From an uncultured Saprospiraceae bacterium (GTDB lineage Bacteria; Bacteroidota; Bacteroidia; Chitinophagales; Saprospiraceae), in contig CAZGJN010000013.1 in assembly GCA_964526645.1 (NCBI GenBank), forward strand, positions 2,631 to 66,630: a DNA stretch of 64,000 nt. The letters run 5' to 3'. The number at the start of each line of letters is the position of its first letter. Within the stretch, counting starts at the first letter, position 1. Under the pieces are notes generated by a model. That model did no database searches, was not told the origin of the DNA, and was given only the letters and a program-made list of their open reading frames with translations. A program made the translations under genes and the position numbers. Positions 25,948 to 33,643 of this stretch are shown piece after piece.

Positions 25948-28314
25948 TTAGTTATGGAAATACAAATTATCCACATAAATAGTATTGGCGCCAGTAGGTC
26001 GTCCAACCAAGATAAACTGGGCGATATGGTTTCGGGTAGTAAGCCCGATGAAGTCGCTCAAGGGTATATCATAACTGATCCATTGCCCGGTGGCTGGCAT
26101 ATTGAAGTTGACTTGATGCTCTACATCATCACCGCCACCAAAGGCACCATTCGCACCAAAATCAACCAATTTTAGACCGAAAAAGCTAAAGTCTGCTGAC
26201 CAAACATCAATATGAAAATGCGTCATGCCGGCTGCGTTAATCTGGTTGGCTACCGTTTCGATACCTACAAAATCAAGGGTAGTGTATTTTTTCACAGCAT
26301 TGCCGGCTATGGATACATCTTCAAATGTAGCAGATGACCAACCCGTACGCCAGGTATCAACCGGTACATTGTTATAAACCTCGCTAAAAAGCGAAATAAC
26401 ATTTGCTTGAGGAAGCGTGGGTGCGGGCGCGGCTACTGCCGGCACTGTGGCACTTCCCTCCTTATAAAAGAAAATATTGTCCAAATAAATAGTACCGTTT
26501 CCATCAAACTTCATCTGAAAAATGTCAGCAAGGTTCACTCCTGCAAAAGCGGACAGCGGAATATCAATGCTAGACCATCCGGTGGTAGGCACAGGCAGTG
26601 TGTATGCCTTTTCCTTTGGGCCAGGGCTGATCAAGTAAACGTTGAGCGAAGAAGAATTGGCAGTCCATACATCGAGGTGGATATAATCCATCTCGGAAAC
26701 GTTCTGGCTGCTGCCCAATTGGATACCTTGGTAATTTAGTCCGCTATATTTCAGAGTATTGTTACCGGCGATCAATTCCTGGGTGACAACAGTAGCCTGC
26801 CCCCAATTGGGGTTAAAATCCGTACCGGGGATATTTGCATAAGCATCACTGAAAATGGAAAGGACATTCGCTGGATTTTTAGTGGGCGTAGGCGCAGCAA
26901 CGACTGGGTTATTATTGCCTTTATCATAGAAATAAATGTTGTCCACAAAAAGATTGGGTAAATCGCCCGATAAGACGATTTGAGCCAGGTGTGCCCTGGA
27001 GTTTAGCCCAGTGAAAGCAGAAAATGGGATATCTAAACTTATCCAAGATTCGGTTGCCAGCATAGCGCGGTTGATCGTAATTTCATGCGACGAATCATCG
27101 CCTCCGCCAAACGCTCCGTTCGCACCGAGGTCGAATAAAAGTACTTTGAATACCGTGGAAGTACCAATCAGATCAGGTGTCCAAATGTCCATGTGAAAAT
27201 GAGTCATGCTGGTCGCATTGATCGTAGGTGCCGTAAACTGGATGCCTACAAAATTCAGTTGGGTATAGCGCTTGACATCATCTCCATTTATCTTTATATC
27301 AAAAGTTTGGGCAGTGGAGAATTGCCAATAACCGTTAAAAAAATCAACAGGAACGTTATCATAGACATTGCTAAAAACGGAAATCACCTTATCTTTAGGT
27401 ACCAACGGAATTGGAGCAGCCACCTGCGGTAAAATAGGTGCTCCTTTCGATACGATCGTCAGCGAACCTTCCGATTTTACTCCAGCAAGAGCAGCGCTGA
27501 TCACGGCTGTGCCAGCATCCATTACTTTTACGACACCAGCATCGCTTACACTGGCTACGCTGGTATTCGTTGATGTAAAATCAAAATAACCAGGTGCCGC
27601 TTCTACCCGTTGGTCTACACCATTTGGCAAGTTAGCCAGCACATAAGCCTGCAGGGTAAAGGAACTGCCAGTCTCCGCGTTTTCAGTTACATCCTCCCCG
27701 TTCAGAATGCCAGAGCGCAGGTGCGCGATTGTCCCCAGGTTTTCAAACTGCACTTCATCAAGCCAAAAGGTATATCCTCTGCCGTCTTCAGGACCTTCCG
27801 AGAAAAACAGCAAGCCCCGTTCGCTCAAGAGCTTGGAAGGGTCTGGTATCGGTATGTAATATTTTTTCCAATTTGTATTCAACTTCAACCCGTTAATGGC
27901 AGCTTGATATTTGTTTTCTCCCAGATCGTTGCCAAATCCGATAAGGTCTATCGAAGCCGATTTGGAGGCTTTTGCCCAAAAGGTCAGCACATTATAACCA
28001 GAAAGGTCACGCCCTTTATTGCTGAAATATACCCCACCAGCATAGGCACCGGCAGGATCATCAAAATCCGGAACGGCTATCCGCATAGAGGACGTACCTT
28101 TGTATTTTATCTCGGTGTCTACATCGAAAGCTCGTACATCGGAACCGCCAAATGCGGCATAGTTCATATCAGAGCTAAAGCCATCTATAAAAACTTCGGC
28201 GGTGGTGGGATATGTTGCGGGAACCAATTCGTTCAAATCCCTTTCACAGCTCAGAAAAAGCAGTGTGTAAGCCGAAAAAATGATGATAATTAAGTAGGAA
28301 TATGTATGTTTCAT
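25948..28314 (-). CDS. surface glycan-binding lipoprotein (SusE/F-position SGBP): N-terminal CBM-like module, Big_2-like domain, three tandem CBM-like repeats
   Basis: Lipobox 'LLFLSC'. Ig-like 'SVASVSDAGVVKVMDAGTAVISAAL'. Three ~150-165-aa repeats each begin 'V(I/L)S(V/I/L)FS(N/D/E)(V/A)Y.N(V/I)P' and end 'DN(I/L)(Y/F)F(Y/H)'. Confidence 0.65.
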   Translation of the reverse strand: MKHTYSYLIIIIFSAYTLLFLSCERDLNELVPATYPTTAEVFIDGFSSDMNYAAFGGSDVRAFDVDTEIKYKGTSSMRIAVPDFDDPAGAYAGGVYFSNKGRDLSGYNVLTFWAKASKSASIDLIGFGNDLGENKYQAAINGLKLNTNWKKYYIPIPDPSKLLSERGLLFFSEGPEDGRGYTFWLDEVQFENLGTIAHLRSGILNGEDVTENAETGSSFTLQAYVLANLPNGVDQRVEAAPGYFDFTSTNTSVASVSDAGVVKVMDAGTAVISAALAGVKSEGSLTIVSKGAPILPQVAAPIPLVPKDKVISVFSNVYDNVPVDFFNGYWQFSTAQTFDIKINGDDVKRYTQLNFVGIQFTAPTINATSMTHFHMDIWTPDLIGTSTVFKVLLFDLGANGAFGGGDDSSHEITINRAMLATESWISLDIPFSAFTGLNSRAHLAQIVLSGDLPNLFVDNIYFYDKGNNNPVVAAPTPTKNPANVLSIFSDAYANIPGTDFNPNWGQATVVTQELIAGNNTLKYSGLNYQGIQLGSSQNVSEMDYIHLDVWTANSSSLNVYLISPGPKEKAYTLPVPTTGWSSIDIPLSAFAGVNLADIFQMKFDGNGTIYLDNIFFYKEGSATVPAVAAPAPTLPQANVISLFSEVYNNVPVDTWRTGWSSATFEDVSIAGNAVKKYTTLDFVGIETVANQINAAGMTHFHIDVWSADFSFFGLKLVDFGANGAFGGGDDVEHQVNFNMPATGQWISYDIPLSDFIGLTTRNHIAQFILVGRPTGANTIYVDNLYFHN
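25951..27426 (-). repeat. three tandem in-frame coding repeats (CBM-like modules) inside the 788-aa lipoprotein gene
   Basis: R1 is aa ~297-465 (nt 26920-27426), R2 is aa ~470-618 (nt 26461-26907), R3 is aa ~626-788 (nt 25951-26439). R1 and R3 share the 'D(L/F)GANGAFGGGDD' insert that R2 lacks. Confidence 0.7.
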
Positions 28315-28339
28315 CTTGATAGTTTATGCGTTGTAAGAC

Positions 28340-31300
28340 CTACTGAAAAATGTTGATTTGTATATATGTCCTGATTTCCCATTCGTTACCGTTGCCATAA
28401 CCTGGCGCATTCGGGTTGCATTCCATTTCACCGGCTGCATTGAGAAAATGCGTTGGGCAATAGCGCGGAGAGTATTTATCCAGGGTACGATAGATGCCCT
28501 GAACCCCTATTTTTGTGTTGGGCAGTTCAAGCCAGTTTGGTTTGCCCAGGGCGGTAGAGATATCCAGCATAAATTGCTGTGGGAAAGTAAGGTTGAAATC
28601 GCGATGGTAATCGTAGGGACCCCAATCATTTATTTTTACGGCAGAGACCAGTTTGACATTTTTATAAACCATGCGCAAATCAACTCCGAAGCGCTGAATG
28701 GTACGCGCATCGTCACCATTTGCTTGGGCGTTCCCAATGTAGGCATTTGCGATGAATCCCAGATCAGGGTTCAACTTGGACACGATACGCGTATAAGCTT
28801 CCCATAGGTCTTGGGCAGGGGCAGAGCCAGGAAAGGCAAAGGTCGTACGGCCATCGGGTAGGATACCGATGGCTGCGTCCTGGATGGTTGGCAAATGCCG
28901 GAATACAAACCCTGCACTTACCGCCAGCCTGGCATCTTCGGCTTTGTCATTATCCCATTCATACATCCAAGTGGCGGGTGTTGGGTCGTAGGTGATGAGG
29001 AGCTCCCCGGCCACCGTTTCGCGGTTTGATCGTACAGAGAAAGGGTCATCCAGGATATTTCGGGGTCTGGCGGGTGCCTGCACATCGGCGGGTATAGGGT
29101 CTTCAATCGGGCGTTGCCACAAAAAATTAGGCGCTAATTGAAAATCGCCAATCCCGTAGGTAAACCCAGTAAGGAAGTTATATTGATTTCCGCTTCCGCT
29201 GTCTTTTAACCGCCAACCGGTAAAAGTTTTAGTATAATCAGCACCGCCATTTGCTACCAGTGCCATAGCAGCAGCTTGTGCATACCAGTTAATTCTTCCC
29301 TTTGTAAATGTCAACTTCACCTTTCCGCCCCAGTTGTCCTCGGGCTTAATTTTATCTTGGTAGATTGTATAATCCCCCTTTGATCCATCAACGATCTGAA
29401 AGGTTCTGCCTATGAGGGGATCTCCCCCCCAGATTCCACCTAATTCGATACCCAGGCTACCCACTTTTGTTTTTGCATGCAGGGTTGCTCTGCGCGTCTT
29501 TGGCACCGGTATCGCAAAAGAGCTTTCTGTTGTACCGCGTTGTTCTAAGTCTTCATGGAAAATTCCGGTCAGGTCAATGCCCCCCAGTGTCCGGCTGTAT
29601 TTAACCAAAATAGCAGGGTTAGCACCCCACCACAGTTCGGGACCCATGGCAATACTCAATCCTTTGAGTTTCCGCTTGCCGTCCAACTCAAATCCCAGCG
29701 GCGCTTGACCATTGTAAATGTCAATGTTGGGCCCATAATTTGCTTCTGGATACAATCCGAAAAAATCACCCTCGTAGCCCCAGTGGTAATGACCAGTCCT
29801 GTAAAATCCTGTAAGATCAAAATCTTTGTGATTCCAGGTGATATCAGCCCTATATACTTGTAAGCGGTTGACATCGCGCAACTCGACTGGCCCATTGTTT
29901 GTGTTCGCTACCACTGTGCGCCCCCGATTTTCATAAAATATTTCGTTGATGGGGTTTTGTGCCACATTGCCCAAAACGTTTACCTCCACATTTGCTCGCA
30001 GGTTGGGGGCTGGATTCCCCGCCACGCCTACAAAAAAGGATTGCATGTGATCAAATCCTAATTGGTTGGGAAATACTTCCTTTTCAGGATCAGCCTCCTT
30101 CGGTGTGGATATTAAGCTACCACCTGTATTAAATGTAGTAATTTCAGCGCTCAAGCGGCTGAGCCGGATTTTGCCAGTTTGCTCGCTTTCCAGGGCGGCC
30201 TTGTCGCCCCTGGCTTTTACAACAGCGTCCATCAATTGGATTTGCTCAAAATATTGGTTGACAGCTTCGGAAGTAGCGCCCTCACCATAGGGCTTGAAGG
30301 CATGTACTTCCTGCAAGGCGTAATAGGCGGCGCGAGGGTATAAATGGTAAAGACCACGCTCATTCGTAGGCCCTTTGGCGCATATACCAAACCATTCTTC
30401 GTTCATGTTATTCTCGCCTGGCTCATAATCGTTGAGATAACCCCCATTTGACCAGGAGGCATTGTTGTCGTGTACATCCAGGTTGCTGGTTTGACCAAAC
30501 TTCCACCAGCCATCGCTAAATTGGAAAGTAAACCCACCGATAGAATTTTCTGCTTTCCCCAAGCCTGCGGCGTTTTCATATATTTCTTTCCAATTACCAA
30601 CAAGGTAGTGGGCTTGCGCTTGCTGGTCTTCACTATTAGAAAGGGCATTAAAGGCATCTGAGCCAAACTCCGTAAACATAAGGGGCTTGCCATATTCTTT
30701 TCTCACCCGCTCAAAGGCATCCCCAAACGAAAGGCCGCGGTACATATTGACACCCAATATATCCACATCCGGGCACCGCCGCGCGATAATATCCAAAAAC
30801 AGCAGATCGCCGTTGCAAATAGCAATTGGATGCGACCCATCAATACCTTTCATTTGTTGCACCGCTTCATTGAATAGCTGATACATGGCTTCCGCTCGGA
30901 TGGTTGACTTTCGGTCTTCCTGGGGGATATCTTCTGTTTCAGCTCCATCCCAAAAAAGCCCGTAGTTGTTTTCATTACCCAGCAGGTATAGCAAAAGCCC
31001 GGGTGTATCCTTGTATTCCTGGGCCATTTCCTGAACCTCGCGCATTAAAAGCGCCCGCACCCGCGGATCGGCGTACTCTGTATTACCGACCCAAGCGCCA
31101 TCCAGCGTAAGCCCATAACGCCCAAACGAGTGGTTGAGCACAGTGTATATGCCGTATTTTTTATAGATATAACTTATCCATTTAGCTGGCACTCCTGTGT
31201 ATTGCCGTATGGCGTTTACGCCCATGTTCTTGAGCATAGACATTTCCTCATCCAGCGCTGCCCTGATAATATCGTCCGATTGTTTCCAAAGACTATAATT

Positions 31301-31477
31301 GAAGTTGGTGCCAATAGGAAAATAGTCCCAGTTCATACCATTAATCATGAAATCCCTTCCATCTACCTGTAATTTCATGCCTTGACCTTGTTGTACTACG
31401 GAAATTTTTTCCGTTTGCGCATGAAGCGTTATTGCCCATAACAGCAATCCTGAGTATAAGAGTAGATTTTTCATCAA
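28340..31477 (-). CDS. fusion protein: secreted clan GH-A (TIM-barrel) glycosidase domain plus a ~600-aa predicted outer-membrane beta-barrel
   Basis: Signal peptide 'LLLWAITLHAQ'. 'LYLLGNENNYG' (E169) and 'PLMFTEFGSD' (E270) are typical retaining GH-A acid/base and nucleophile contexts. From about aa 440 there are long runs of alternating amphipathic strands ('RLAVSAGFVFRH', 'FGVDLRMVYKNVKLVSAVKI', 'KIGVQGIYRT') ending '...EIRTYIQINIFQ'. Confidence 0.6.
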   Translation of the reverse strand: MMKNLLLYSGLLLWAITLHAQTEKISVVQQGQGMKLQVDGRDFMINGMNWDYFPIGTNFNYSLWKQSDDIIRAALDEEMSMLKNMGVNAIRQYTGVPAKWISYIYKKYGIYTVLNHSFGRYGLTLDGAWVGNTEYADPRVRALLMREVQEMAQEYKDTPGLLLYLLGNENNYGLFWDGAETEDIPQEDRKSTIRAEAMYQLFNEAVQQMKGIDGSHPIAICNGDLLFLDIIARRCPDVDILGVNMYRGLSFGDAFERVRKEYGKPLMFTEFGSDAFNALSNSEDQQAQAHYLVGNWKEIYENAAGLGKAENSIGGFTFQFSDGWWKFGQTSNLDVHDNNASWSNGGYLNDYEPGENNMNEEWFGICAKGPTNERGLYHLYPRAAYYALQEVHAFKPYGEGATSEAVNQYFEQIQLMDAVVKARGDKAALESEQTGKIRLSRLSAEITTFNTGGSLISTPKEADPEKEVFPNQLGFDHMQSFFVGVAGNPAPNLRANVEVNVLGNVAQNPINEIFYENRGRTVVANTNNGPVELRDVNRLQVYRADITWNHKDFDLTGFYRTGHYHWGYEGDFFGLYPEANYGPNIDIYNGQAPLGFELDGKRKLKGLSIAMGPELWWGANPAILVKYSRTLGGIDLTGIFHEDLEQRGTTESSFAIPVPKTRRATLHAKTKVGSLGIELGGIWGGDPLIGRTFQIVDGSKGDYTIYQDKIKPEDNWGGKVKLTFTKGRINWYAQAAAMALVANGGADYTKTFTGWRLKDSGSGNQYNFLTGFTYGIGDFQLAPNFLWQRPIEDPIPADVQAPARPRNILDDPFSVRSNRETVAGELLITYDPTPATWMYEWDNDKAEDARLAVSAGFVFRHLPTIQDAAIGILPDGRTTFAFPGSAPAQDLWEAYTRIVSKLNPDLGFIANAYIGNAQANGDDARTIQRFGVDLRMVYKNVKLVSAVKINDWGPYDYHRDFNLTFPQQFMLDISTALGKPNWLELPNTKIGVQGIYRTLDKYSPRYCPTHFLNAAGEMECNPNAPGYGNGNEWEIRTYIQINIFQ

Positions 31478-31929
31478 CTTTCCTTGATTTAACTAACTAT
31501 TCTGCGAAAATAGCCAATGGGAAAATGAAATTTTTTGATTCTGTGAATTTAAAGTTTTTAATTTGAATTTTGCATACATACTTTCGATATACAACATTTC
31601 ACCCTCCCTGAAAGGCAACACAAAATCAACACTAATTCGCTGAAAATAAATTCTTTGTAAGCGTTTCACTATACAGTAAAAGTAGTATGCATGTATACCG
31701 ATTTTCAAGCACGGCCGTGTTCTTTTCTGAAGCGGCAAGTACTGAAAAGTAGTGCTGCGGATAGGAAGCGTGCAAGTACCCTCAGGACACTAAACCGGTA
31801 GGTGGCTTGTGCTTGCAGGCATCTCCTCCATAATTTTCATCGTCTCCACGCTCACGGTCGTGACGCGCTGAATCAGATCCATCACTTGTTATTTATAATC
31901 TGTAAACCGGTAGATGAGATTTTTCTTAG

Positions 31930-32260
31930 ATCTTTGGGAGGTTGCCGATGAAGCTAAAAGACCCCGGCACCCTCCTGGACGCTGCTGCCGTGTTAGACAC
32001 CTTTGATGGGAAAAAAGCTTACAAATTGGGCGTTCGGTACGATGTAGCAGTGGGTAGTGATGTTTGTTTATTTCGATGCCATGACTTTCGCCTTGATCGG
32101 CTACCGTTTTTATCACGATGAGTCAAAAAATGACGGAGAGTACATTCTGCTTTCGGGAGAAAAAACCATCAATGGTATGCGCTTGCCGAAAGTGCGGAAA
32201 TGGTACACCCATCAGGCAGATAAATTTCTTGGAACGGACACCTTAGTGAGCGGGCAATAG
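31930..32260 (+). pseudogene. frameshifted C-terminal remnant of a conserved hypothetical protein (I believe DUF6503-like)
   Basis: Frame 1 reads IFGRLPMKLKDPGTLLDAAAVLDTFDGKKAYKLGVRYDVAVGSD. The sequence shifts frame near 32057-32062 and continues MFVYFDAMTFALIGYRFYHDESKNDGEYILLSGEKTINGMRLPKVRKWYTHQADKFLGTDTLVSGQ. There is no N-terminal half and a TAG lies at 31927. Confidence 0.45.
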
Positions 32261-32296
32261 TGCCAAACCGATTTGATACCGGCATTGAATACCGCA

Positions 32297-33556
32297 CTAT
32301 CCCAGGGCTTTCAGCGCCGCTACGAAAGTATCCAATTCCTTTGTAGTGGTATAAACATTCGGCGTAATGCGGCAACCGTGCACCCCAGCCCCGTCAATGG
32401 CGACCGTCCAGATGCGATATTTTTTCATCAGCGTTTCTGCCAATTCGGCGGGTTTCATCCCTTTTACCCCTACATTAGCGATGGCACAGGAGCGGTGGGG
32501 CTCTTTGGGCGTATTCAAAATGATATGCGGCAGATCGCGTACTTGCTTAGTCCAATAATTTTGTAAATACCGCAGGCGCGCCTCTTTTCTTTCCGGCCCC
32601 AGGCGGAGGTAGTATTCGATGGCGTTATTGATTGCCAAATCGGTATGAACCGGATGCGTACCCGTATGATTGAGGCGGAGGATGTCATCCTCTTTTCGGC
32701 CCATCTCCCCAAACAATTGCCAGATTGGAGCAATCCGCTCCTTTTTTACAAACAAAAATCCGGCGCCCAGCGGCGTGCTCAGCCATTTGTGTAGGCTGCA
32801 ACCGTAATAATCACAATCCAAATCTTTCATCGAAAACTGGATGTGGGCGAAAGCGTGTGCGCCATCTACCATTACCTGCACGCCCTTGCGATGCGCCATA
32901 TCGCAAATTTTACGAATCGGCAGGATATGCCCCGTAATGTTGATCATGTGGCAAACCATGAGCAGGCGTGTTTTGGAAGTGATCGCATTTTCGTAAAGTG
33001 CCACAATTTCCTCATCCGAGGTTGGATGATTTGGCACAGAAACCATTTTTAAAACAATGCCGTGCCGTTTCTCCACCAATTTGAACATATCCAGCATGGC
33101 ACCGTAGTCTTGCATAGCCATCACGGCTTCATCGCCTGCTTGCCAGGGGAATCCCCCGATGATGGTATCAAGCGATTCCGTTGTATTGCGGGTGATGATG
33201 AGTTCATCGGCCTCACAGCCCGCCAATTCCGCTAATTTTGCCGCTACTGCTTTTTTGTTATCCCACTGGACTGTGCGCATGTAGTACGAGCCCTGATAGT
33301 TAATTTCTCGGACGTGATGGATAAAGTTTTCCAGGGTTTCCTGGGGTGTAATGCAATAGTAGCCGTTTTCCAAATTGATATAATCGGGTTTGATGCGATA
33401 ACCGCTTCGGATTTGCATCCAAAAGTCTTCATTCTCGGCAGTGGCGGCCGGGTTGAGGTGCTCCACGGTGCGGACCATGCGGTCCAAATTTTTAAAAAGT
33501 AGCGGCGCGCTAAGCCCCAACAATGGCAATTGCTTGATAAATGTCCGTTTATCCAT
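32297..33556 (-). CDS. class-V-fold PLP-dependent aminotransferase/epimerase-like enzyme with a Tat-like signal
   Basis: 'MDKRTFIKQLPLLGLSAPLL' N-terminus. PLP-lysine context 'CSLHKWLSTPLG'. 'MVDGAHAFAH'. Confidence 0.8.
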   Translation of the reverse strand: MDKRTFIKQLPLLGLSAPLLFKNLDRMVRTVEHLNPAATAENEDFWMQIRSGYRIKPDYINLENGYYCITPQETLENFIHHVREINYQGSYYMRTVQWDNKKAVAAKLAELAGCEADELIITRNTTESLDTIIGGFPWQAGDEAVMAMQDYGAMLDMFKLVEKRHGIVLKMVSVPNHPTSDEEIVALYENAITSKTRLLMVCHMINITGHILPIRKICDMAHRKGVQVMVDGAHAFAHIQFSMKDLDCDYYGCSLHKWLSTPLGAGFLFVKKERIAPIWQLFGEMGRKEDDILRLNHTGTHPVHTDLAINNAIEYYLRLGPERKEARLRYLQNYWTKQVRDLPHIILNTPKEPHRSCAIANVGVKGMKPAELAETLMKKYRIWTVAIDGAGVHGCRITPNVYTTTKELDTFVAALKALG

Positions 33557-33643
33557 CTTGTTTTGATTTTAGCTATCAAAATAGAAATATTCTACCAAAT
33601 TTCGTATTACTTTTCGTATGCAAACTTTTTCAATCGGAAAATC

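Noticed and set aside
27610-28293. A 227-aa + strand ORF inside the SGBP gene. Similar long antisense ORFs occur at 41440-42105, 43912-44865, 48812-49516, 51875-52423, 54289-54798, 55408-55971, 39879-40454, 57342-57926, 59720-60247, 19955-20413 and 3456-4022.
   Set aside because: All lie antisense to, and fully inside, genes with strong family motifs. Their compositions are low-complexity or Cys/Arg/Ser-skewed. They have no recognisable motifs and are typical shadow ORFs.
29424-29430. A C7 run (G7 on the coding strand) inside the GH-A/barrel gene, considered as a slipped-strand switch.
   Set aside because: Seven nucleotides is short for efficient slippage, and the tract simply encodes Trp-Gly-Gly. 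It is worth a glance only if population data show length variation.
31493-31738. An 81-aa minus-strand ORF just upstream of the GH-A/barrel gene.
   Set aside because: It is an AT-rich promoter region. The peptide is basic and low-complexity with no motifs, and it is more likely non-coding leader or promoter sequence.
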